64,000 nucleotides of DNA from Scyliorhinus canicula (lineage: Eukaryota), in contig NC_052146.1 in the NCBI RefSeq assembly GCF_902713615.1, positions 195,071,199 to 195,135,198 on the forward strand. The letters run 5' to 3'. Made by a program: the position numbers and the translations under genes. Below the pieces are notes generated by a model. It searched no databases. It had not been told where the DNA came from and was given only the letters and a program-made list of their open reading frames with translations. Within the stretch, counting starts at the first letter, position 1. Each line of letters starts with the position of its first letter. Of the stretch, positions 48,521 through 59,988 are shown one piece after another.

Positions 48521-48828
48521 AATAATAATCTTTATTAGTGTCACAAGTAGGCTTACATTGACAATGCAATGAAGTTACTGTGAAAATCCCCTGGTTGCCT
48601 CACTCTGGCGTCTGTTTGGGTACACAGAGGGGAATTCAGAATGTCCAATTCACCTCACAAACACGTCTTTCAGGATTTGTGGAAGGAAAGGGGAGGGCCC
48701 AGAGGAAACCCACGCAGACACAGGGAGATCGTGCAGGCTCTGCAGAGACAGTGACCCAAGCCGGGAATCGAACCTGGGTCCCTGGTGCCGTGAAGCAACA
48801 ATGCTAACCACTGTGCTACTGTGCCACC
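48521..48828 (-). mobile_element. V-SINE head with an alternative (tta)n-ending tail
   Basis: HE1 head/core, then ...ttttcacagtaacttcattgc...cctacttgtgacactaataaagattattatt. Confidence 0.85.
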
Positions 48829-49399
48829 CATGTCACCCAGTTTAAAGTGGTGTCTGAGCTGGTTCCAGATCTGTAATGCGGCTACTACCACAGGGCCCGT
48901 CGAGTGCTTGGCTGGGGGAAATGAGAGTGAAGCGGTTGGCAGCACCCGCAGCGACGTTCCCGTACAGGCGGCTTCCTCCATCTTCACCCATTCTGCCTCT
49001 GACATTTTCACCCACCCCGCGCCCTCTCTATTTGCTGCCCAGTGATAGAATAGGAGGTTTGGCAGAGCCCATGTCACCCTCTTTGTAGGGCGTTTTTCCG
49101 TATTCTAGAGTTTTTTCCCGCCCGGATGGAGGCCATGATCAATTTATCCACCTTGGCGAAGAAAGATTTGGGGATGAAGATCAAGAGAGATCTGAATAGG
49201 AAGAGAAACCTTTGCAGCACAATCATTTTTACCATCTGCACTCTTCCTGACAGCGAGCGAGTCCCGTCTCCGTAGGTCCCTCTTCACCTCCTCCACCAAG
49301 CTGAACAGATTGCACTTAATGGAGCCACACCTATAGTCGTGGGCTATCTATATCCTCGAGTACGTGGACTTGGCAGAGTCTCTAGCTCTGTTGCGCCCC

Positions 49400-49900
49400 T
49401 GTTCTAGTTTTTTTACCCAGCAATCATGATCTCGCAACCTCCACCCATAGCCACTCCTCTCTTGTTTCTCTAATTTCCTCCAGTCCTACAGCCGTCCCAG
49501 ATTGTGTGCCTTCTTTGATCACAATTACTCAGCTCAGAAGGAGGCCATTCAGTCAGCCGTGTCTGCGCTGGATCTCCATGCCACCTTCGCGCCTTCTCTC
49601 CGGAACCCTGCACATCCTTGTCTGATAACTCTGGCCTCGCAACAAATCTTGATTTTAATCAGCCCACATTGATGAGATATCGAGGGTAGGCCCTTACCAA
49701 CCAACTTCCTCCCTAACCCACTCCACCCCCCCACTTCCTCACTTTCCTCCCTTAAGACTCTCATTAAAATCTAGTTCTTTGACCAAGCTTTTGGTCATCT
49801 GCTCTATTATTTCAATGCCAAATTTAGTTTGTTAATCATTCCTGTGAAGAGCCTTGGGTCTTTAACCACATTAAAGGTGCCATATGAATGCAGATTGTTT
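49400..49900 (+). mobile_element. L2 3' end (fragmented)
   Basis: ctttgaccaagcttttgg...aaaggtgccatatgaatgcagattgtt, as at 2069-2215. Confidence 0.6.
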
Positions 49901-50088
49901 TTTCAAACCAATTCCTCACACAGTGTGCTTTTAACCTTCTCCAGGTTGCTTTGTGTGTCATGTGTATGACCCACAATCTTAAACCATTCAAAGATCATGA
50001 CTTGGAACATCTTCCTCCAACCCATGTTTGGGGGATAATGATAAAATGGCCTTTTGTCTACACGCGTTAATTGTTTTCTTTTCTTTAG

Positions 50089-50270
50089 ATGCCAACGGCC
50101 AAGCTGAACTCCAAGAGGAAATCACTTTTGTGCCTCACGAGCGAACTACCAGCGAATCTGTCAGGATGAATGTTGTTGTGAAAGAAGGTTTCGTTCCCCA
50201 TTCATCCAGAATCTACACGTATGGGAAGTCTATCTTTGGTGTTTCATCTGATTCTTCAATAGAGAAGTAG
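50089..50270 (+). CDS. SMIM26: SMIM26 coding exon 2 (stop at 50270); total 333 nt = 110 aa
   Basis: Strong acceptor ttttcttttctttAG|AT, phase-compatible with exon 1. VVVKEGFVPHSSRIYTYGKSIFG resembles the SMIM26 C-terminal V-x-x-KE-x-FVP motif. Confidence 0.85.
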
Positions 50271-50914
50271 AATTGGGATTGACGAATGGTGTTGGATTTC
50301 ATTGTTAAAAGCTCACGCTTCAGTCTTCATCTGCCACTGGATTTCACAAACAAATGCACCCTCAATTTGCACAAGAGCGAATTGTGTTTGAACATCTGGT
50401 ACATATGATCCAGTGAGCTTTGACTGATCTATTACCTTGTAATGCAAATTGCACCTCGTGTGGAGTGGGACTTCAGTAGCATTTTGAGATAATTCAGCTG
50501 TTTTGAAATTTGCGCGAATATTTCTTTTCAGTCAAGTAATCAAACTTGGCCGAACACCTTTTTTTAGTGCAAACCCGTTTTCATTCTTTGTTCCTTTCTC
50601 CCAGTACTGCATTGGAGCTGGTTAACTTGGCGTGGCTGAGACAAAAGATTCTTCTTCTCACCAGATGATCTTAGCCCTCTTAATACCTACTGAATATTAT
50701 AATCTGGAAAGCGAGTTGGTGAAGGACAGTAATGGAATTAGTCTTTATTTCGTGAAATATTTACAAGCATTCACCTCCCACCCAAATCAGACACAATTTC
50801 AATAAGTGTCTCTTTATATTTACTCTAGTGAAATCCCGGTTGAAGCCTGCGACTCACGAACAATTGACAATGAAAAGCTGGAAGGAAATATTCAGTGTAA
50901 AAAAATTCTGAGTC

Positions 50915-51020
50915 GTCAAAACACAAAATGTTGGAAACATTCAGCAGGTCTGCTAGCATCTGTGGAGAGAGAAATGAGAGTTAATGTTTTGAGTGCATAT
51001 GACCATTTTTCAAGGTCTGA
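50915..51020 (-). mobile_element. Short Penelope-type terminal fragment (degenerate)
   Basis: cagcaggtctgctagcatctgtggagagagaaa is the reverse complement of the same terminal repeat. Confidence 0.55.
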
Positions 51021-51189
51021 TGTTTTCTTCATTATTCACTTGAGTTATAAAATATTCAAATCAATGTATACATGCATGTGTTCTGTTTGGCTTAACAATC
51101 AGCAGATGTGAAAGAGATTAAAACTTTTCTGAAAGCAATATGCATCTTACTGTCAACACATACATTCACTTTGAAAGTAGGGACTATAT

Positions 51190-51850
51190 GATTACAACGT
51201 GGTAGTAAGGGGCCTAGGACCATGCACCCTCCACCCTTGAACAGCACCTTTCAAACCTGTAACCTCTACCACCTTGCAGAACAAGAGTAGCAGACATATA
51301 GGAACACCCAACACCTGCAAGTATCCCTCCAAACCATTCACTATCCTGACTTGGAAATATATCGCGGTTCCTTCACTGTCACTGGGTCGCAATCCTGGAA
51401 CTCCCTCCCTAACAGCACTGTAGGTGTGCCTACAGTATGTGGACTGCATCGGTTCAAGAAAGTGGCTCAGCACCTCAAGGGCAATTAGCAAGGGCATGGG
51501 TAATTAATAATAATCTTTACTGGTGTCACAAGTAGGCTTACATTAATACTGCAACGAAGTTACTGTGAAAAGCCCCTAGTCGCCACATTCCGGCACCTGT
51601 TCGGGTCACAGAGAGAGAATTCAGAATGTCCAATTCACTTAACCAGCGCGTCTTCCAGGACTTGTGGGAGGAAACCGGAGCGCCCAGAGGACACCCACGC
51701 AGACACGGGAAGAGCATGCAAACTCCGCACAGGAGGTGACCTAAGCCAGGAATCGAACCCCGGTCCCTGGCGCTATGAAGCAACAGCGCTAACCACTGTT
51801 AATACTGACCTAGCCAGCAAAGCTCACATCCCATGAAAGAATAAAGAAAA
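51190..51850 (+). mobile_element. LINE 3' end (CR1-superclade/RTE-X type, family uncertain), split by a SINE; a second copy on the minus strand at ~34700-35090
   Basis: SWNSLPNS-type motif; tail ccagcaaagctcacatcccatgaa shared with a tRNA-SINE family in this window. Confidence 0.6.
51503..51799 (-). mobile_element. V-SINE head with the alternative (tta)n-ending tail
   Basis: Same structure as 48521-48828; an isolated tail also lies at 26531-26600. Confidence 0.85.
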
Positions 51851-52443
51851 TGGAATTGTAAATGATTGCAGCTCATTAATATAGGATTATGTAAAACTAA
51901 CTCATTTATTGAAATTAGATTCCTGCAGATCATGATTGAGATTTGCTATCTATGATTACGTACAATTTTGATTGTGATGTATTGTTAAGCAGCATCATCA
52001 GAGGGACTCCAGTCGAAATTCCAAGCAATCGCTTAAAATCAATTCGTTTGTTGCATCTATGTGACACAGTTGATGGAAATCTGTTGTGGGGTTGTGCCTC
52101 TGTAGATTCAAATATCTGGATTGCATGATTTAATCCTGGACCTGACTGTACTTTAATTCTTGTAATGGTTTAGATTCTGGGTCTGGGGGGTATAATCAAG
52201 TTATTTGCTCTCATTAGCTCACATCATCTAGGTGATCGGCACTGAAATGTATGAATGTGCAAACCAGTCCATCAATTTATGCTCAGATTCTTTCATGGAT
52301 GTAAAATTGCGGAGATTCAATGAGTGCAGAAGTGGAACATCCCACTTACAGTTACTGATTCTTAAATGGCAAGGGCTGGTATCAATAGTTGTGAACATCA
52401 ACCAGCTAAAACATGCAATAACTCACAGAAGGGTGCAGAACGA

Positions 52444-52766
52444 GGGCACAGTGGTTAGCATTGCTGCCTCACAGCACTCGAGACCTGAGTTCCATTCCAG
52501 TCTTGGTTGACTGTACAGTTTGCACCTTCTCGCCTTGTGTGCGTGGGATTCCTCTCGGTGCTCCAGTTTCCTCTCACAGTCCAAAGATGTGCAGGGTAGG
52601 TGGATTTGCCATTCTAAATAGCCCCTTAGTGTCCAAGGATGTGCAGGTTAGGTTATGAGGATAGGGTGGAGTGGAGGGGGGAGGACTTGGGTGGAGTGCT
52701 CTTTCGGAGGGCCTGTGTGGATCCGATGGGCTGAATAGCCTCCTGCACTGTAGGGATTCTATGATT
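52444..52766 (+). mobile_element. Long HE1-type V-SINE
   Basis: Tail ctgcactgtagggattctatga. Confidence 0.88.
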
Positions 52767-52814
52767 TGGTCCATCGTGTCGCACCGACTCTTCAAATGAG
52801 CATCATGGCTTAGT

Positions 52815-53280
52815 GCATTACCCTGCTTTTTTCCCCATACCCCTGCGCATTGTTTTTATTCAAATATAATCATCCAATGTCCCCTTGAATGCCTTGATTG
52901 AACCTGCCTCCGCCACACTTCCATACAGTGCAGTCCAGACCGAAACACTCGCTCTGTGAAGATGTTTTTTCTCACGTCACATTTGCATCTTTTGAAAATC
53001 ACTTTAGTCTGCCCCCTCTCATTCTCGATCCTCTTACAAACAGCAACAGTTTCTTCCTATCTGCTCTCTCCAGCCCCCTCCTGATTTTGAACATCCCTAT
53101 CAAATCTCTTCTTGGCCTTTTTCTCTCCAAGAAGAACAGTCCCAACCTCTCCAATCCACCCTCAAAACTGAAGTTTCTCATTCCTGAAACCATTCTTGTA
53201 AACCTCTTCTGCACTTTCCAGTGTCTTCATAACCTTCTTATAGTGTGGCTCCCAGAACTGTGCACAATATTCCAGCTAAC
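52815..53280 (-). mobile_element. CR1 3' fragment
   Basis: ORF 52999..53214 QKRFTRMVSG...LERLGLF. Confidence 0.85.
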
Positions 53281-53734
53281 ACGAGTTTATATGTGGTGAT
53301 TTCTGTTTTGAAGCTTACAGAAATAAACTAAGAAAAGCCAAGAACATATTTGAGAGTTCTGGAGTTGTTTGTGTATTGGATGAGTTATTTGATACATATT
53401 GATGTGTGGCTTCAATATGTTAGTGATACTGGGTATCCTGGATATTTGGTGAGATACAATTGATCAACCATCATGAAAAATACAGCTTATCAGATCTAAA
53501 AAATGATTCAATTTCCAAGTTGGTTTCACACTTTTCTGGACATTGCATTCCATCTGAATCCAGGCCCTGTAATGTAAGAATTGTTATTGCTGTTGGATGC
53601 CTAGTAGGATATGTTTACCTCAATATGGGACAGAGCTATCAGTTGCTGACACAGGTCGGTGTAAATGGCTTTTGCAGATAGTCCAAACATTTGTCCTGAG
53701 AGTGGGACAAATGGAGTTTGATATGTTTTATTCA

Positions 53735-54002
53735 CACAAAAGCAGAATACTGCAAACATTGGAAATCTGCAATTAAACCAAGAAAATGCTGGAAACGCTC
53801 AGCAGGTTAGGCCGTGCCCGGAGAGAGAAACAGGGTTAAAGTTTCAGGTTGATGATCTCATCAGAACTGGGGAACGTTAGAAATGTAATATCTTTTAGCA
53901 ATTGTGAAGCGGGGTGGGGATTAATGAACAATCTGTGATAGAATGCAAGGCAGGAGAGATTGATGGAAAAGTCGGTGGTGCGTGGCCAAAGGATGTTGAG
54001 GA
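53735..54002 (-). mobile_element. Penelope-like element terminus with hammerhead-like motif
   Basis: Shares the tctctctccacagatgctgccagacctgctg-type terminal repeat seen at 632, 40128, 50915 and 63130; CTGATGA..GAAA core. Confidence 0.65.
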
Positions 54003-54116
54003 TGTTATATTACGTGATTGTAATACGTTGTTACTCTTTTGCTTACTTCCAGAATGGTCTGATGGTTGTAGTTCAGTAAAACTATCAGTCTTCAAATTAA
54101 GCAAATAACATTTATT
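54003..54116 (-). mobile_element. Gypsy 3' LTR, distal part
   Basis: Continues across the L1 TSD (AATAAATGTTATTTGC) and ends ...ATATAACA, giving TG...CA termini and an LTR of ~376 bp. Confidence 0.7.
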
Positions 54117-54323
54117 TTTTGAAAATAATTTTTATTGAAATTTTTGAAAAATGTATAACAACAGAACAATAATAATAACAATAATAAACACCCCCCCCCC
54201 CGGACCCGTAACAACGCATATAACGAACCCCCCCAAACCCGATGAACAACAAAATAAATTAAATTAACATAAACAATACCCCCCTTCTCCCCCCCGGGTT
54301 GCTGCTGCTGCTGACCTAGTTCC

Positions 54324-57300
54324 CTATCGTTGAGCCAGAAAGTCGAGGAAAGGCTGCCACCGCCTAAAGAACCCTTGTACCGACCCCCTCAGGGCGAATT
54401 TGACCTCCAGCTTAATAAATCCCGCCATGTCATTGATCCAGGTCTCCACGCTTGGGGGTCTCGCATCTTTCCATTGCAACAAGATCCTCTGCCGGGCTAC
54501 TAGGGATGCAAAGGCCAAAACACCGGCCTCTTTCGCCTCCTGCACTCCTGGCTCCACCCCAACCCCAAATATCGCGAGTCCCCAGCCTGGCTTGACCCTG
54601 GACCCTACCACCCTCGACACCGTCCTCGCCACCCCCTGCCAGAATTGCCCCAGTGCCGGGCATGCCCAAAACATATGGGCATGGTTCGCTGGGCTCTCCG
54701 AACACCTAATGCACCTGTCCTCACCCCCAAAAAACCTGCTCATCCTTGTCCCGGACATATGAGCCCTGTGCAGTACCTTGAACTAGATGAGGCTAAGCCT
54801 CGCACATGAAGAGGAGGAGTTCACCCTCTCCAGGGCGTTCGCCCATGTCCCCTCCTCAATCTGCTCCCCCAGCTCCACTTCCCACTTAGCCTTCAGCTCC
54901 TCTACCGACGCCTCCTCCACCTCTTGCATCACCTGGTAGATGTCAGACACCTTCCCATCCCCGACCCACACCCCCGAAAGCACCCTATCCCTTACCCCCC
55001 CGCGGGGGCAACAAAGGGAACCCCTCCACCTGCCGCCTAGCAAACGCCTTAACCTGAAGGTACCTGAACATATTCCCCGGGGGGAGCTCAAACTTCACCT
55101 CCAGCTCACCCAGGCTCGCAAACCTCCCGTCAATGAACAGGTCTCCCAACTTCCTTTTGCCCGCCATGTGCCACCCCAGGAACCCGCCATCAATGTTCCC
55201 TGGGACAAACCGGTGGTTCCCCCGCAGCGGGGCCTCCACCGAGCCCCCCACTTCCCCCCTGTGTCGCCTCCACTGCCCCCAAATCTTGAGGGTAGCCGCC
55301 ACCACCGGGCTCGTAGTGTACCTCGTTGGAGGGAGCGGCAACGGCGCTGTTACCAGTGCCTTCAGGCTCGTGCCTCCACAGGACGCCACCTCCATCCGTT
55401 TCCATGCTGCCCCCTCCCCATCCATTACCCACTTGCGTACCATCGAGACATTAGCCGCCCAATAGTACCCAGAGAGGTTGGGTAGCGCCAGCCCCCCTCT
55501 ATCCCTGCCCCGCTCCAAAAAGACCCCCCTCACCCTCTGAGTCCCGTGCGCCCAAACAAATCCCGTGATGCTGCTGTTCACTCTCCTAAAAAAGGCCCGC
55601 GGAATAAAAATGGGGAGGCACTGGAACAAAAACCTCGGGAGCACCGTCATTTTAACGGACTGTACTCCACCCGCCAACGACAGCGGCAGCATGTCCCACC
55701 TTTTAAACCCCTCCTCCATCTGCTCCACCAACCTAGTAAAATTAAGCTTATGCAAAGTCCCCCAACTCCTAGCCACCTGAACCCCCAGGTACCTAAAACT
55801 CCTCACTGCCCTCTTTAACGGGAGCCTACCAATCCCCTCCTCCTGATCTCCCGGGTGTACAACAAACAGCTCGCTCTTGCCCAGGTTCAACTTGTAGCCC
55901 GAGAAACTCCCAAACTCAGCAAGAATCCCCATCACCTCCGGCATTCCCCCCACTGGGTCTGCTACATACAGCAACAAGTTATCTGCATAAAGTGACACTC
56001 GATGCTCCTCCCCACCCCACACCAGACCCCTCCACCTCCCTGACTCCCTTAGCGCCATGGCCAGAGGCTCAATTGCCAACGCAAAATGCAAGGGGGACAG
56101 GGGGCACCCCTGCCTCGTCCCACGGTAGAGACTGAAGTACTCGGACCTCCTCCCATTTGTCTCTACACTCGTCATCGGGGCCTCGTACAGCAACCTCACC
56201 CATTTAATAAACCCCTCCCCAAACCCGAACCTCTCTAACACCTCCCACAAGTACCCCCACACAACCCTATCAAAGGCCTTCTCCACATCTAATGCCACCA
56301 CAATCTCCGCCTCTCCTTCTGCCGCCGGCATCGTTATCAGATTTAGCAGCCTTCGCACGTTAGTGTTCAGCTGCCTCCCCTTCACAAAACCCGTCTGATC
56401 TTCATGTATCACCCCCGGCACACAGTCCTCTATTCTAGTGGCCAAGATCTTTGCCAGCAACTTGGCGTCCACGTTCAACAGTGAAATTGGCCTATATGAT
56501 CCACACTGCAAGGGGTCCTTATCTCGCGTCAGGATCAGGGAAATCAGCGCCCGTGACATCATCGGGGGCAAAACTCCCCCCTCCCATGCCTTGTTAAAGG
56601 TCCGAACCAGCAGGGGGCCCAACAGGTCCGCATATTTTTTATAAAATTCAACCGGGAACCCATCCGGTCCCGGCACCTTCCCCGACTGCATGTGGCCAAT
56701 CCCTCTACCCAGCTCCTCCAACTCGATCGACGCCCCCAGTCCCTCCACCTGCTCCTCCTGCACCCTTGGAAATCGCAGCCTGTTCAAAAAGCTCTCCATT
56801 CCCCCCTCCCCCACCACTGGCGGCTCCGACCGGTACAGTTCCCTGTAGACCCCATTGACCTCTACCCCCTTCCGCACCACATTCCCACCCCTATCCTTCA
56901 CTCCACCAATCTCCCTAGCCGCGTCCCGCTTGCGGAGCTGACGCGCCAGCATCCTGCTCGCCTTCTCTCCATATTCGTAGACCGCTCCCTACGCCTTCCT
57001 CCACTGTGTCTCCACCTTCCTGGTGGTCAGTAAATCAAACTTAGCCTGCAGGCTACGCCGCACCCCCAACAATCCCTCCTCCGGAGCCTCCGCATACCTC
57101 CTATCTACACTCAGCAGCTCCCCCACCAGTCTCTCCCTCTCCCTCCTCTCCCCCGTCTCCCTATGGGCTCAGATGGAAATCAGCTCCCCCCTAATCACTG
57201 CCTTCAGAGCCTCCCACACCATTCCCACATGGACCTCCCCAGTATCATTGGCCTCGAGGTACCTCTCAATACATCCCCGGACCCTCCTGCACACCACCTC

Positions 57301-58075
57301 ATCAGCCAACAACCCCACGTCCAGACGCCATGCGGGCGCTGGTCCCGCACCTCCCCCATCTCCAGATCCACCCAATGCGGAGCATGGTCCGAAATCGCAA
57401 TAGCCGAATACTCGGCCTCCTCCACCCTCGGGACCAGTCCCCTACTCAGGACCAAAAAAATCAATACAGGAGTAAACCCTGTGCACGTGGGAGAAAAAAA
57501 GAGTACTCCCGAGCCCTCGGCCTCCCAAACCTCCAGGGACCAACCCCTCCCATCTGGTCCATAAATCCCCTCCACACCTTGGCCGCCGCCGGCCTCCTGC
57601 CCGTCCTAGAACTAGAACGATCCAGTGGGGGATCCAGCACCGTATTGAAGTCCCCCCCCATGATCAGGCCCCCCACCTCCAGGTCAGGAATGCGGCCCAA
57701 CATACGCCTCATGAAACCAGCATCATCCCAATTTGGGGCATATACATTTACCAACACCACCCTCTCCCCCTGCAGCTTACCGCTCACCATCACACATCTG
57801 CCGCCACTATCAGCTACCACCTCAGACGCCTCAAACGCCACCCTCTTCCCCACCAGGATCGCCACCCCCCGGTTCTTCGCGTCGAGCCCTGAATGGAAAA
57901 CTTGCCCCACCCACCCCTTCGTCAGACGAACCTGGTCCACCACCTTCAGGTGAGTCTCCTGAAGCATGGCCACGTCCGCCTTCAGCCCCTTCAGATGCAA
58001 AAACACCCGGGCCCGCTTAACCGGCCCATTCAGCCCCCTCACGTTCCACGTGATCAGCCGGATCAGGGGGCACCC
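54324..58075 (-). pseudogene. L1 ORF2p (APE endonuclease, RT, CCHC), several frameshifts, YADD changed to YADN
   Basis: ITWNVRGLN, QETHL, NVYAPN, GGDFN, SDH; GTRQGCPLSP, LYADN; C-terminal CIRC...HMFWAC. Confidence 0.92.
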
Positions 58076-58722
58076 CGCCCCCCCCCCTCCCCCGCCGAGT
58101 AGCCATAGCCCATCGACTGCTCGCCCCTGACCAGCACCCCCCACTTGGCCCGTTTCCCATGGCGATAGAACCTCACCCCGACCCCCCCCCGACCCACACC
58201 AGCTCCTCCCTGGCCAATCCAGCAGCAACACGGTATCTCCCCCCCCCCCCCCCCTCCCCCCCCCAAGGCTAGGACCCCTCCTAGCCGCGACACTCCCTCC
58301 ATAGTACTCCCGTGAGCCAGCTGACTTCTGCTGACCCCGGCAGCTCCCGCCCTAACTCCAACCCCTCCCGATATGGGGTTACCCCCCCCCCCCCCGCAGC
58401 AGCTCCTTGGCATTGCTCCAGCGCGGGAAAACGGAACTGATATCCACGCCCCTTGCCTCCAGCTCCACCCCCCTCGTCCCGCGGCGTGGGAAACCAGAGG
58501 AAAGCCCGGACTTTCACACTTCCCCACCCCACCCCCTCAACGCAGCTCCCAAATAGCAGTCCCAACCCATCCACCAACCCCGTACAAAAAAAACCCACAG
58601 ACCCCCAACACCCCCCTTAAAACACAAAACCATAACCAACACCATCCGAAAGCAGAAAAAAAAACAGAATAACCAGCAACAGCATAAACAGTAATACAAC
58701 AAACCCCCACAGTCCCCAATCC

Positions 58723-59559
58723 CTAGTTCGAGTCCAACGTTTCAGCGTGCATAAAGGCCCACGCCTCCTCCGGGGACTCAAAATAGTGATGCCAGTCCTT
58801 GTAGGTGACCCACAAGCACGCAGGCGGCAGCATGCCGAATTTCACCTGCCTGCTGTGGAGCACCGCCTTCGTCCGGTTGAACCTGGCCCTCCGCTTAGCC
58901 ACCTCCGCACTCCAGTCCTGGTAGATGCGCACTACCGAATTCTCCCACTTGCTGCTCCTCACCTTCTTGGCCCATCGCAGCACACACTCCCGGTCACTGA
59001 ACCAATGGAACCGCACCAGCACCGCCCGCGGGGGTTCATTCGCCTTAGGCCTCCTGGCCAGTACTCTGTGGGCCCCCTCCAGCTCCAGGGGCAGATGGAA
59101 AGATCCTGCCCCCACCAGCGAGTTCAGCATCACGGCCACATAAGCCGGCAGGTCCGACCCCTCCGTGAGGCCCAGGATCCGCAAGTTCTTCCTCCTTGAC
59201 CGAAACACCATCTCCTCAAAACGATTTTGCTACTTTTTGTGGAGCGCCTTGTGCATCTCCACCTTCCCCACGAGGGCCGAGACCTCATCCTCACGCTCAG
59301 AGGCCTGCTGCTGCAACTCGAGGATCGCTGCACCCTGGGTTGTCTGGGTCTCCAGCAGCTTACTTGTCGTAACCTTCAGAGAGTCCAGCAACTCCATTTT
59401 CAGCTTAGTAAAATAGCGCAGAAGGGCCGCCTGCTGCTCCTGCGCCCACTGCCTCCACTCCTCGGGGGCTCCACCGGCCGCCATTTTGTCCACCTTCCCC
59501 CGCTTTTCCAGGGGAGCTGCTGCCATTTTTTTCCTCGCCCCGCTCCGGGTCCGCACCAT
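58723..59559 (-). pseudogene. L1 ORF1p (coiled-coil/RRM/CTD), frameshifted near 59215
   Basis: ORFs 59230..59559 and 58723..59211; RSRRKNLRILGL, PRAVLVRF and IYQDWS are L1 ORF1p motifs. Confidence 0.88.
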
Positions 59560-59726
59560 AAATCCCGGGGGGTATTACTCCAGACCCCTTTACACACCGG
59601 GAATTGTTGAATCAGCGCCGTTTGGGGCCCTTAAAAGAGCCCACAAGCCCTACGAAAGCGGGACCTGCCGAACGTGCGGCTTAGCTCCACATTGCCGCCA
59701 CTGGAAGTCCGCAAATAACATTTATT

Positions 59727-59988
59727 AAATAACGAATATAAATATCTATGAGTTTGTTCACTGTTCTACAATTATAACATGATTAAGTAAATAAGAAGTA
59801 TAAACAATGTTTACATGTGCCAACTAAGCTATATCTCTAACACTCTGCTCACTAGTCACTCCTGATACGAAGAGGCTGCTCTGAGTGCAGTTTATATACA
59901 TGGATCTGGTGCTGCTATCTAGTGGTTGTCTAGCACTATAATACAGATGTTAACCCTTTACATACTAGCAGATATACAGATCACTACA
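59727..59988 (-). mobile_element. Gypsy 3' LTR, U3/R part (split by the L1)
   Basis: Begins TGTAGT immediately after the PPT; contains TATATAAA; ends at the L1 TSD. Confidence 0.8.

Larger units (their letters stand above)
47100..49400 (-). mobile_element. Older L1-subfamily 3' fragment in the SMIM26 intron, interrupted by two SINEs
   Basis: LPNLLFYHWAAN, LKVVHRAHLT and CEPC...HMLWSC match the L1 ORF2 C-terminus; many frameshifts. Confidence 0.82.
54117..59710 (-). mobile_element. Full-length L1-clade LINE (~5.6 kb), both ORFs disrupted
   Basis: Perfect 16-bp TSD GCAAATAACATTTATT (54101-54116 and 59711-59726). 5' end GGACTTCCAGTGGCGG; ORF1, spacer, ORF2 (EN-RT-CCHC); A-rich 3' end. Confidence 0.95.
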
